A stretch of DNA of 64,000 nucleotides, from assembly GCA_040770465.1 (NCBI GenBank), contig JAXGJB010000003.1, positions 1 to 64,000 of the forward strand. The letters run 5' to 3'. The notes beneath the pieces were generated by a model. That model did no database searches, had not been told where the DNA came from, and saw only the letters and a program-made list of their open reading frames with translations. The position numbers and the translations under genes are program-made. The stretch's first letter is position 1; each line of letters begins with the position of its first letter. The stretch is from Methanothrix sp. (GTDB lineage Archaea; Halobacteriota; Methanosarcinia; Methanotrichales; Methanotrichaceae). Positions 28,743 to 38,219 of the stretch are shown one piece after another.

Positions 28743-29192
28743 ATGAACCTCAAGTCGGTTTTTGCGGTCCTGACCCTCGCTCTGATGACGACTTCCGTGG
28801 GCTATTGCCATCCCACCGAGGCATCCGGGATCGTACGCCGGGTGATCGACGGATGCTCCTTCGAGGTGGACGGCCTCGGCACCGTCCATCTCGCCGACGT
28901 CGACTGCCCGCCGATGGGAACCGCAGACGGTGTCCACTCGCGAGAGTACAGCATGGAGAACCTCCTAAACGTCCAGATCTTCCTCGACATGGACGACGCT
29001 GCAGGCAGAAGCTGTGTCGTCTACCTCTCCGGCGGGAACGGAACCCCGAAGCTCGTCCCATGCTACAACAGGATGATGGTGGACGCCGGCTACGCCTGGG
29101 TCAACGACGATCCAGATAACGAGTTCGACCCCCTGGACTGGTGGAACGGAACGGACGGCGATATCAACTCCACCTCGCGTTCAGCCTTCTGA
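28743..29192 (+). CDS. Secreted thermonuclease (SNase)-like protein with degenerate active site
   Basis: Signal peptide, 'VRRVIDG', 'VHLADVDCP' and 'NRMMVDAGYA'. Confidence 0.7.
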   Translation: MNLKSVFAVLTLALMTTSVGYCHPTEASGIVRRVIDGCSFEVDGLGTVHLADVDCPPMGTADGVHSREYSMENLLNVQIFLDMDDAAGRSCVVYLSGGNGTPKLVPCYNRMMVDAGYAWVNDDPDNEFDPLDWWNGTDGDINSTSRSAF

Positions 29193-29374
29193 TCAGCCCA
29201 TCCCTCAAGATTCCCAATCTTTTTTACATGATCTGCCGGTCTTTTTAAAGTTCGTCTGTGCCGTTTGCGTCAAATTTCGTAATGTTCGATCGTTATCTAT
29301 AAGAACGTGATAATATGAAACATGCTATCACTTGAAGAAGGGAGACGTTCAAACTTTCGACATTTGGTGAAACC

Positions 29375-29563
29375 ATGTTGGGCATAAACGATCCGTGGAT
29401 CTTGGGAGTCTATCTCCTCTCCGTTCTGAGCGCTCTTCTCTGCGTGGCCTACGGCCTCGTCAACTGGAACAGGGGCGGAGAGAAGGAACCAAACGAGATT
29501 AGTGAGGAAGTTTCCTGGGAGAAAGGGGAAGCTGATATGGAAGAGAAAGAGCTGGGGCTGTGA
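29375..29563 (+). CDS. Symporter small accessory protein
   Basis: 'MLGINDPWILGVYLL...LCVAYGLVNWN', coupled to the symporter gene. Confidence 0.85.
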   Translation: MLGINDPWILGVYLLSVLSALLCVAYGLVNWNRGGEKEPNEISEEVSWEKGEADMEEKELGL

Positions 29564-29568
29564 TCGCA

Positions 29569-31158
29569 ATGGACATAATACTGCTCAACATAATCGTTCT
29601 GGTCTACATCCTGGCGATCGGGTACCTGGGGTATCGGGGCTGGAGGGAGACCCGCGACTCCGCCGACTACATGGTGGCCGGCAGGAAGATCCACCCCTAC
29701 GTCATGGCCATGAGCTACGGCGCGACCTTCATCAGCACCTCCGCCATCGTCGGCTTCGGCGGAGTCGCAGGCCTCTTCGGGATGGGGCTTCTCTGGCTGA
29801 CGTTTCTGAACATCTTCGTCGGGATATTCATCGCCTTCGTCGTCTTCGGGAAGAGGACCCGGAGGATGGGCCACAACCTCTCGGCCATGACATTCCCGGA
29901 GCTTTTGGCCCGGAGGTTTGACAGCAGATTCATCCAGTACTTCGCTGGCCTTGTGATATTCCTTGGTATGCCGATGTACGCCTCCGTCGTCCTCATCGGG
30001 GCCGCCCGGTTCATCGAGACGACTCTCGCGATAGACTTCGACCTGGCGTTGATGCTCTTCTCGGTGATCATCGCCGCCTACGTCGTCCTCGGCGGCCTGA
30101 AGGGCGTGATGTACACCGACGCCCTCCAGGCGACGATAATGTTCGTCGGGATGGCGTTTCTTCTGGTGATGACCTACAGCCACCTCGGCGGGATCGGCGC
30201 CGCCCACCAGGCCCTGACGGACATGGCCGACCTCGTACCCGCTAACCTCGCCTCCATGGGCCATCTGGGCTGGACGGCGATGCCCGCTTTCGGGTCGGCC
30301 TGGTGGTGGACCCTCATCTCGACCCTGGTTCTTGGGGTCGGGATCGGGGTTCTGGCGATGCCCCAGCTCGTCGTCCGGTTCATGACGGTGAAGTCGAGCC
30401 GGGAGCTGAATAGAGCAGTCCTCGTCGGCGGGGTCTTCATCCTGATGATGACGGGGGTCGCCTTCGTCGTTGGGGCCCTCTCCAACGTCTACTTCGTCCA
30501 GCACGACGGCGTCATAGCGATAGCTGCAGCCTCGGGAAACTCCGACAGCATAATTCCGGTCTACATAAACGCCGCCATGCCCGAGTGGTTCGTCTACATC
30601 TTCATGCTCACCCTTCTCGCGGCGGCGATGTCGACGTTGAGCTCCCAGTTCCACGCCCAGGGGACGGCCATCGGCCGGGACGTCTACGAGACCCTGGCGG
30701 GGATGAGGGGAGGCCGATCGATCCCCATAACCCGGATCGGGATCATCATCGCGGTGGTCCTGGCCGTGATCCTGGGATACATCCTTCCCGAGAGCATCAT
30801 CGCCCCGGGGACGGCGATCTTCTTCGGCCTCTGCGCCGCCGCCTTCCTCCCGATGTATGCGTGTGCCCTCTTCTGGAGACGGGCGACGAAGGCGGGGGCG
30901 ATCGCCGGCCTCGTCACCGGGACCCTGGTCAGCCTCTTCTGGCTCGTCTTCGTCCACCAGAAGGAGGCCGCAGCTCTGGGGATCGCCAAGATGATCCTGG
31001 GCCGGGACGTCCTCATCGCATCGATGCCCTGGCCCGTCGTCGACCCGATCGTGGTGGCTCTGCCCCTATCTCTGGTGGCGACGGTGGCCGTCAGCCTGGC
31101 GACGAAGCCCCCGGCGGCCGAGCACGTGGAGAAGTGCTTTGAGGGGATCGGCCGATAG
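29569..31158 (+). CDS. Sodium:solute symporter family protein
   Basis: 'DYMVAGR', 'GGLKGVMYTDALQ', 'MPQLVVRF' and 'AAAMSTLSS', with many TM helices. Confidence 0.93.
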   Translation: MDIILLNIIVLVYILAIGYLGYRGWRETRDSADYMVAGRKIHPYVMAMSYGATFISTSAIVGFGGVAGLFGMGLLWLTFLNIFVGIFIAFVVFGKRTRRMGHNLSAMTFPELLARRFDSRFIQYFAGLVIFLGMPMYASVVLIGAARFIETTLAIDFDLALMLFSVIIAAYVVLGGLKGVMYTDALQATIMFVGMAFLLVMTYSHLGGIGAAHQALTDMADLVPANLASMGHLGWTAMPAFGSAWWWTLISTLVLGVGIGVLAMPQLVVRFMTVKSSRELNRAVLVGGVFILMMTGVAFVVGALSNVYFVQHDGVIAIAAASGNSDSIIPVYINAAMPEWFVYIFMLTLLAAAMSTLSSQFHAQGTAIGRDVYETLAGMRGGRSIPITRIGIIIAVVLAVILGYILPESIIAPGTAIFFGLCAAAFLPMYACALFWRRATKAGAIAGLVTGTLVSLFWLVFVHQKEAAALGIAKMILGRDVLIASMPWPVVDPIVVALPLSLVATVAVSLATKPPAAEHVEKCFEGIGR

Positions 31159-31182
31159 GGGATCGGCTGATTCGATCCCCTT

Positions 31183-31626
31183 TTAATAATTCAAGAAGGG
31201 AAGCTTCTCTTTTTTCCGATAGCCCGTAGCCTGAGCCGCGGCGATCAGCCGGTCTCCATCGCCCAGGACCCGGATCTCGCAGGTGGAGACCGTCTCCGAC
31301 CGATCGACCTCCACCGCCGTTGCCCTGAGGGTCTCGCCGGGGAATGGCGGGCTTACGTAAGTGATGTTGACGTTGAGGGCGAGGACGACGGTCCCGTGGG
31401 AGTTGGCGGCGGCTCCGAAGGCCTCGTCGACCAGGGAGAAGACGGCTCCGCCGTGGGCCATCCCGAATATGTCCTCTTTTTCGCCTGAGACCTCCATCTC
31501 CGTTTCAGCCCAGCCGACGTCGATGTCCACGAGCCTGATGCCGAGGCCCTTTGCGTAGGGCTCCTCCTCGACGACCCTTTTTATAGCCTCAAAGATCTCG
31601 CTTCTCCCGAGTTCGCCTTCAGCCAT
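31183..31626 (-). CDS. PaaI-family hotdog thioesterase
   Basis: 'GMAHGGAVFSLVDEAFGAAAN'. Confidence 0.9.
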   Translation of the reverse strand: MAEGELGRSEIFEAIKRVVEEEPYAKGLGIRLVDIDVGWAETEMEVSGEKEDIFGMAHGGAVFSLVDEAFGAAANSHGTVVLALNVNITYVSPPFPGETLRATAVEVDRSETVSTCEIRVLGDGDRLIAAAQATGYRKKEKLPFLNY

Positions 31627-31644
31627 TCCGTCCCTCGATATATC

Positions 31645-32109
31645 CTATTTTATCGCCCTTATGGTCAGAGGATACCGGAAAGCTTCGCCGTTGCTAGCCC
31701 TGACGCCTGCTACGATGGCGAGGATCACGTCCAGGATGAATAATCCGAATATCAGGGCGAAGCCCAGAAGCATTGCAAACGGCATGGCTAAGGGCATGGC
31801 CAGTGGATTCCAGAAGTCCCTCATCCCGTGGTGGGCGAAAGGCATGAAGAAGGCGATCGACCCCACCGAGAAGAAGATCAGCGCTCCCGCCAGGACCCAG
31901 TAGAGGGTGACGGAGAGCTGGAAGTTGAGGGCCTCTTTCCCCTGGTCGTCGACGAAGGGGTGCTGGTTTCTCTTGACGAGCCAGACTACGAGGGGTCCGA
32001 CGACGTTGCCCAGGGGCACACCGATGAGCATCAGGAGAGCGCTCAGATGACAGAGGGTCGCCCAGGTCCGGGCGTCCTGGTTCTCTTCGATCATGATAAA
32101 ATCCTCCAT
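31645..32109 (-). CDS. DUF4870 membrane protein
   Basis: 'WATLCHLS', 'GPLVVWL', 'QGKEALNFQ' and 'FRYPLTIR'. Confidence 0.9.
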   Translation of the reverse strand: MEDFIMIEENQDARTWATLCHLSALLMLIGVPLGNVVGPLVVWLVKRNQHPFVDDQGKEALNFQLSVTLYWVLAGALIFFSVGSIAFFMPFAHHGMRDFWNPLAMPLAMPFAMLLGFALIFGLFILDVILAIVAGVRASNGEAFRYPLTIRAIK

Positions 32110-32160
32110 AGAAACAAGGTCTCTGGAAATATTAAGATGTTGCGGCGAGATCTGTCGGTA

Positions 32161-32895
32161 TCAGCCCCTTTTGACGCAGAGGTAGGTCGCGATGAACCCC
32201 GCCCGATAATCGGCCTTCTCGATCGAGAAGCCCGCCCTCTCGATCATCCCTTCCAGGATCCAGCCGATGGTGGAGTGCTCGTCTCTGATGTGGATCAGGA
32301 TATCCTGGGGAGTCCCCTCGCCTCCGATCTCCGCCATCCGCGAGAGGTATCGGTCGAAGAATCCCCCGTAATCGGCGGGATCGAAGGAGTAGACGACGTC
32401 CCTGATGTAGAGCCGTCCTCCAGATTTCATCATCCCGGCGATCCGGATCAACGCCACCTGCTTCCAGAAGTCGGGCAGGTGGTGAAGGACGAACTGAGTT
32501 ACGACGGCGTCGACGGGCTCGCCCTCGTGCTCGTAGGTTAGAAAGCCGCCCTTGACAAACTCGATCCTCTCGACGTCCCCGGCACGCCCCTCCTCCCGGA
32601 GCCTTTCATCCGCCTTCTCGCGGGCGTACCCGAGCATCGGTTGGGAGATGTCGGCGGCGATCACCCTGGCGCACCGGCTCACGGCTGCGATGGGAAACTC
32701 GCCGGTCCCCGTCCCCATCTCCAGGACCGTCGAATCCGGGGCGAGGTCCAGGAGGTCGAGGACCTCTCCAACCTCCTTTGCGACGTCCCTGATCTTCGCC
32801 ATCCTCTGATCGTAGATCCGGATCTCGGAGACGTCCTCGTAGTCGGTTCCGATCTGCTTCGTCTCGTCGTAAAGCCAGGCGGGAGTCTCTCTCAT
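32161..32895 (-). CDS. Class I SAM-dependent methyltransferase
   Basis: 'VLEMGTGTG', 'ADISQPML' and 'VLHHLPD'. Confidence 0.9.
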   Translation of the reverse strand: MRETPAWLYDETKQIGTDYEDVSEIRIYDQRMAKIRDVAKEVGEVLDLLDLAPDSTVLEMGTGTGEFPIAAVSRCARVIAADISQPMLGYAREKADERLREEGRAGDVERIEFVKGGFLTYEHEGEPVDAVVTQFVLHHLPDFWKQVALIRIAGMMKSGGRLYIRDVVYSFDPADYGGFFDRYLSRMAEIGGEGTPQDILIHIRDEHSTIGWILEGMIERAGFSIEKADYRAGFIATYLCVKRG

Positions 32896-33152
32896 ATTCG
32901 GCCTCCTCTTATCGTCCGCTCAGTCACCGACCTTGAAGCTTAAGGAGGATTCGGCCCTGAGATGGGGGGACGAAATGAAGGTGGGTTGCGACCTGAAAGG
33001 CTCCCCGCCCGGCAGAGCGGTGGCAAAGATTTTAGTGCCATTGCGGACGATATGATGGAGAGCGCGACTCGTTTTCGTCCATCATATGGAGTGATCTCCA
33101 AAAGTTCCCTTGAGATGAGGCGAGACGGCTCTGCGGTGGCGAGGGGAGAGAT

Positions 33153-36020
33153 ATGTTCGATAAGGTCGATGGTTTTTGGAAGACGATCCGAGCCGCATTG
33201 GTCCTGTCTGTGTTTGTGCCTCTTATTGTCACGGCTCAGGTTCCAGGAGGTGCCGAAGAGGAGCCCGCCGTCCCGGAGTGGATAAGCGAGATAAATCCTG
33301 CCGACTACGTCCTCCTGGACTCCGATCTGCCCGCCGACCTGCACGTCGCAGGCGAGATCAGTGCCGAGGCCCAAGCCGCGGAGATGGCCGTTGAAAGAGA
33401 CGGCAGGGCCGATGTGGAGAGGGTCGCCTTCGTCGAGGTCCACGAGAACATCTGCGAGCCGGACCCCGATGGGGTCTACGACTGCATCGGCGGAAACTAC
33501 CTCCTCTCCGTCTACGTCTACGAGACCGCGGATCTGGCGAGGTCCGCCTGGGAAAATACTATCGTTGAGCAGTACGGCGAGCTTCCTCCTCCGGAGGGTT
33601 TCGACCACGTCTCCAACGTCATCGATCCTCTGGACAGCCGGTTCGGAGGCGAGGGGAGCTGCATCGGCCCTTACATCTGGTACAAAAACTTGGCATGCAC
33701 CATATTCGGGCAATGGGACGAGAACGACAACAGGATCGCCTCCCTCTGGCTGGACAAGGTCTCGAACGCCGAGCCACCCGTCCAGGTGAACCTGAAGATG
33801 AGAGATGGGGGGCTGAGCCTGGTGATGGGCTATCAGTATCAAGGATACTTCATCGGCACCGATAACTACAGGCCCCTTTCGGAGATCGCCGCCGACCAGC
33901 AGGCTATCCAGGCCCAGGTCTTCAACGCGGGAGATGAAGTGGCTGAGAACGTTCACATCCAGTTCTACCTCCAGATGCCGGGCGAATTCGAGTACTCGAA
34001 GCTCGGCGAGCCCCTCCTGGCTGGTGACGTCCCTCCCGGTGAAGGCCGGGCCGTTTACACCTACTGGGATCTCAAAGGCGAGAACGTGGAGGGGGCGACT
34101 TTGGGGGCCCAGGCCTTCGTCCCGGGGGCGGTCGACGTCAACCCCGACGACGACTTCGTCTCCATCACCGTCAACATCTACTATGCCTTCAACGGGGAGC
34201 GGGCCTACAGCGCCGTCGACGATGCCTATCGTTTCAGAAACTACAACTTCAACCAGAGCAAGACCGAGGAGCTGGCCGAGGAGCTGATCGCCACCGTCGC
34301 TGCGGGCGTTCCCTCCTCTCTGGAGAAGGACCTGTGGCTGCGGCTCTTCTTCCCTCAGACTTACGTGCGGCTCTGGGACTACTTCAACGAGAGCTACCGG
34401 TCCGGGGCGGGGGGCCACTGCTACGGGATGGCTGCCACCTCCGCCCTCTACTTCACCGACCCGTCTCTCCGGCCCGTCGCAAAGAAGGCCTATCAGATGT
34501 CGAAGGAGGAGGCGAGCCAGAACATAGACATCTATCAACGGGCTCAGATGATCCCGGTGATGAGATCGCTCCTTTCTGACGCAGGCCAGTACTTCGATCG
34601 GGGGTATGGCTCGAGCAGCAGCGAGAGCCAGAGCAGGACTTACGCATCCGTGAAGCGCTCGCTGAAAGAGGATCGCTTGCCCCTCTTAATCAGCTTCCGA
34701 GGCCAAAAAAATAATCGCACTTGGGGTCATGCCGTCCTCGCCTACAAACTGGTGGAGGTGGAGGGCGAGGACTACAAGCAGGTCTACATCTACGACTCCA
34801 ACACCCCCATCTCGGATCTGGAAAGTTTGAATAAACCTATGCCTGTTGCCCTGCTCTGGCTCGACGGCTTCCTCTGCTATTCTGTGCAGAGCGGCAATCA
34901 ATCTTACGGATCGAGGATTCCCTCCAAGATCGCGGCAAACCCGGTTTTCAGGACCATCCCCCTGGAGGAGGCGAACGCCCTCCTCCCCGGCCTGAAGGAT
35001 ATGGCGAAAAGCTGGATCGAGGCCCTTAAGAACGAGGGCTGGTTTGCGGCTGCCGTCCGATGCCCTGCAGACGCTCTCTTCACCGACTCCTCGGGAAGAA
35101 GGGTTGGAACCGTCGATGGACGGGTCATAAACGAGATCCCTGGGGCGGAGGTGATGTCGTCGGGCGAGGTGGAGATCTACCTCCTTCCGATGGACCTCGC
35201 ATATGGCCTTGAGATCACCGGGACCGGCTCCGGCCTTGTGGACCTCGACGTCATCGCTCCCGTTGGCGAGGCTTCAGCGAAGGTCGTCTCATTCACGAAC
35301 GTCTCCATCGGGTCCGGCGCGAAGCTGACCTCCGAGATCTCCGCCGGCGGCGAGATCGAGGATCTTAAATCTGGAACTTCGACGATGGAGCCGAGCCTTT
35401 CTGGAACCCTGGATCTGAGCGCGGGAGTGGGGGGCGATGAGACAACGCCTGGTGGCGGAATAGGAGTCGAGGCTGAAGATGGTGCTGGAGAGGGATCAGA
35501 GGCTGACAAGATCGAGGAGCAGGAGCTGATATTCGAGCGAAACTCGATCTGGGCAGTCGATAACAGCCCGACGAGCCCCACCAGCTTCACCATCGACCGG
35601 GAATGGACGGTCACCGAGATCAAGACCTACCACTGGAACCGTGGCCAGGGGAAGGCGCCGGGGATGATCGGCCTCCAGGACGAGAGGGGGATTGTCCTGG
35701 GCACCTGGCCCGCCTCGGGGCAGCCGGGGTCCGGCGGCGTCTCCGACGCCTACTGGACGGCTCGGCCGAACCTGGTCATCGGTCCCGGCGAGTACACGAT
35801 CCTCGACTCAGACCCCGCCACCTGGTCGCAGAACTCGGAGACGGGGAGCGAGGGGATAGCCTGGGTATATGGGGTCCCATCGGAGGCAACAGGCGACGGA
35901 TATGGGGTCCAGACGGCCGCCGGAGACGAAACCGGCTGGGAGCTGCCCGAATACGGCGAGGTCCTGGTAGACGCCCCTCCCGGCGGCTGGGAGGGCGTGG
36001 TTCCCGGCGAGCCGATATGA
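33153..36020 (+). CDS. Large secreted multidomain protein with CARDB-like and papain-like (Cys-His-Asp) domains
   Basis: Signal peptide, 'AYRFRN', 'GGHCYGMAATS', 'WGHAVLAY' and 'YIYDSN'. Confidence 0.7.
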   Translation: MFDKVDGFWKTIRAALVLSVFVPLIVTAQVPGGAEEEPAVPEWISEINPADYVLLDSDLPADLHVAGEISAEAQAAEMAVERDGRADVERVAFVEVHENICEPDPDGVYDCIGGNYLLSVYVYETADLARSAWENTIVEQYGELPPPEGFDHVSNVIDPLDSRFGGEGSCIGPYIWYKNLACTIFGQWDENDNRIASLWLDKVSNAEPPVQVNLKMRDGGLSLVMGYQYQGYFIGTDNYRPLSEIAADQQAIQAQVFNAGDEVAENVHIQFYLQMPGEFEYSKLGEPLLAGDVPPGEGRAVYTYWDLKGENVEGATLGAQAFVPGAVDVNPDDDFVSITVNIYYAFNGERAYSAVDDAYRFRNYNFNQSKTEELAEELIATVAAGVPSSLEKDLWLRLFFPQTYVRLWDYFNESYRSGAGGHCYGMAATSALYFTDPSLRPVAKKAYQMSKEEASQNIDIYQRAQMIPVMRSLLSDAGQYFDRGYGSSSSESQSRTYASVKRSLKEDRLPLLISFRGQKNNRTWGHAVLAYKLVEVEGEDYKQVYIYDSNTPISDLESLNKPMPVALLWLDGFLCYSVQSGNQSYGSRIPSKIAANPVFRTIPLEEANALLPGLKDMAKSWIEALKNEGWFAAAVRCPADALFTDSSGRRVGTVDGRVINEIPGAEVMSSGEVEIYLLPMDLAYGLEITGTGSGLVDLDVIAPVGEASAKVVSFTNVSIGSGAKLTSEISAGGEIEDLKSGTSTMEPSLSGTLDLSAGVGGDETTPGGGIGVEAEDGAGEGSEADKIEEQELIFERNSIWAVDNSPTSPTSFTIDREWTVTEIKTYHWNRGQGKAPGMIGLQDERGIVLGTWPASGQPGSGGVSDAYWTARPNLVIGPGEYTILDSDPATWSQNSETGSEGIAWVYGVPSEATGDGYGVQTAAGDETGWELPEYGEVLVDAPPGGWEGVVPGEPI

Positions 36021-36041
36021 GGGGCGTGATCGGTGGTCTCG

Positions 36042-37658
36042 TCAGCCTTCGGTCGGACCGACGAACCGGGTCGCCGAAATGGCCGGCCCCAAAAAGACCA
36101 GCGTCTCCCTGGAGTTTCGTTTGAGGGTGGGGTCGCCGTAGATGCAGAGCTGGGCTGCGCTCGTCCTGTAGGTGTCTCCCGACCTCAAGACCGACTCCCG
36201 CATCAGCTCGAAGAGGGCGTCTCCGATCCGGTATGTCCCTTGAGATCCGGTCCCCTCGATGTAATCTGAGAAGTGGTCTGCGAAATAGCTTGGCGTTCCC
36301 TCCTCCGTGTTCCTCGCCACGAAGGCTGCGGCACCAGCTCGAATGAATTCCGTTCCGAAGCTCGGCCTGTCCTCGTACAGCAGGCCGGTGTTGCAGGAGA
36401 CGTAGCCGGTTATGACGGGGTGGTGGGTATCGAGATCGACGTCGTCGACGTTCTCGACCCTGAATATCGGGATGTGATCGTTGGTGGAGAAGGCCTCGGG
36501 GCTCCCGTGGCCCATGAAGACTATGTAATCGCTCTCCGAGATCAGGTCGAAGGTCTCCTCTCTCATGCTGCAATCGTCACAGACCCCGTAGGGCGGGGTC
36601 GCCCGGCAGAGGCCGCAGGTTGCGGCGTCGGGATCGCAGGCATCGCCGAGGCCGATGGGCGGGGCATACCAGCACTGGGTGCTGAACCGGACCTCGGGGC
36701 TGAGGCCGTAGCCGCCGGATTCGTGAAGGTCGATAGCGGTTTCAAGGGCTGCGACGATCCCCGACGATCCGGTGGAGAGGTCGGCAAGCCTGCTCACCAC
36801 GAAACCCTCGTCGACGATCCCGTCCTCGTTGAAGTCGACGTACCAGGCGTCGGACGGGAGGTACCTGAAGCTGCCGTCGATGGTGACGACAGCAGGCCTC
36901 GGGACGACCGCCTCTCCACCCAGGAGGATTATGTAGGCGGGTCCCGTCTCCCCGACGATAGCCTCCAGGACGTCCCTGATCCCATGCCAGTCGGCGGGAT
37001 CAGCCACCCGGACTCCGTAATCGTTGAAGCAGTCGGCAGAGTCGAGGACGATCCGGCTCGCTGTGAGCCCGTCGGTCCGACCGACCGTCTCGGCGTATCT
37101 GTCCACGACGTCATCGAGGGAGGACGTCTCCGTCAGCAAGGACGTCGTGACCAGAAGGACGTTCCGGGGTCGAGGTTTCATCTCGATGTCGATTACCCTC
37201 TGGCTGTCGCTGGTGACGGTGATCTCCCGGACGATCCCTCCCGCCCCGCCGACCCGCCGGATATAGGGGGCGAGGACCTCGGCCAGCTCCGGGCTGTTGG
37301 AGCGCATGATGTAGTTTTTGTGGGTGGCGATGTAAGTGTACCTCCCCTCCGGTAGCTCCACCCGGTAGCTTCCGGTGCTGCCCGTGGTGTCGGACCAGGA
37401 GCGGCCATCGTCGTCTTTGATGAAGCTGACAAGGGCTCCCTCGATGGGAGAGCCCGTCTCCTCGTCCGAGACCCTCCCCTCGAAACTGCACTGGTAGACG
37501 ACGGCTCTGGCGTCGGCGGTCATCGTCGGAGCCTCGATGGCCAGGTCCAAGTTTGTCTTATCGATCCTCGCAGCCTCTCCGGCGGCCGGTAGCATCAGCA
37601 GCGAAAGAAATGTCAAGAATATGAGAAGATGGGACGAATTCCGTTTCATCATTATCAA
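36042..37658 (-). CDS. Secreted C25 (gingipain-like) cysteine peptidase with carboxypeptidase-regulatory-like domain
   Basis: 'YIILLGGEAVVP', 'SDAWY', 'VSRL', 'FMGHGS', 'SCNTG' and 'IYGDPTL'. Confidence 0.8.
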   Translation of the reverse strand: MIMMKRNSSHLLIFLTFLSLLMLPAAGEAARIDKTNLDLAIEAPTMTADARAVVYQCSFEGRVSDEETGSPIEGALVSFIKDDDGRSWSDTTGSTGSYRVELPEGRYTYIATHKNYIMRSNSPELAEVLAPYIRRVGGAGGIVREITVTSDSQRVIDIEMKPRPRNVLLVTTSLLTETSSLDDVVDRYAETVGRTDGLTASRIVLDSADCFNDYGVRVADPADWHGIRDVLEAIVGETGPAYIILLGGEAVVPRPAVVTIDGSFRYLPSDAWYVDFNEDGIVDEGFVVSRLADLSTGSSGIVAALETAIDLHESGGYGLSPEVRFSTQCWYAPPIGLGDACDPDAATCGLCRATPPYGVCDDCSMREETFDLISESDYIVFMGHGSPEAFSTNDHIPIFRVENVDDVDLDTHHPVITGYVSCNTGLLYEDRPSFGTEFIRAGAAAFVARNTEEGTPSYFADHFSDYIEGTGSQGTYRIGDALFELMRESVLRSGDTYRTSAAQLCIYGDPTLKRNSRETLVFLGPAISATRFVGPTEG

Positions 37659-37856
37659 ACCCCCTGAGAGAGGAGGACCCCGCTCCGATGCTGGGATTCC
37701 TTCTCAGCTGTATGGTATCTTTTGGCGCCAAGATATTAACAGGTTTTCGTGATCGATATGGCCAGTACAGGAGATCGGTTTTTAGTCGTACCCGTAAGGC
37801 CAATTAAATATAAAAAACTTCCTTAAGGTGCAGATCGTTGGTTAGTTGGGTTGGTC

Positions 37857-38212
37857 ATGGTAAGCGAGGAAGATCGTCGAATTCTTGAGTATGCATCACA
37901 CGTCCACGATCGATGGCGTAGCAAGACTCCAAGAGTAACGGCAAATGTGTAACATATCGAGCTTCTTAAGCAAGGTCCGGATATCTGGAATTGATGGAGC
38001 AAGGAAAATCCGGATGATGAACCAAATTTAAGCTGTGCGGACTTGAGCGGATTGAACCTCTACAGAGTGAATATATTATTGTTACAAATTTAGAAGGAGC
38101 GGACCTTTATGACGCAAACCTTTGTATCTGCAATCTGAACTCAACTAGATTGGAAAACGCAAACTTGTCACTAGCGAAATCCGAAAAGTTTATCTTTAAT
38201 CAAATCGCATAA
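37857..38212 (+). pseudogene. Pentapeptide-repeat protein pseudogene
   Basis: 'ANV*HIELLKQGPDIWN*WSKENPDDEPNLSCADLSGLNL' with stops at 37950 and 37992, then a frameshift to 'TNLEGADLYDANL...LENANLSLA'. Confidence 0.8.
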
Positions 38213-38219
38213 GTTATAC

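Noticed and set aside
37950-37994. Stop-codon recoding (Pyl/Sec) in the pentapeptide gene
   Set aside because: The stops are TAA and TGA and come with a frameshift, so decay is the simpler explanation.
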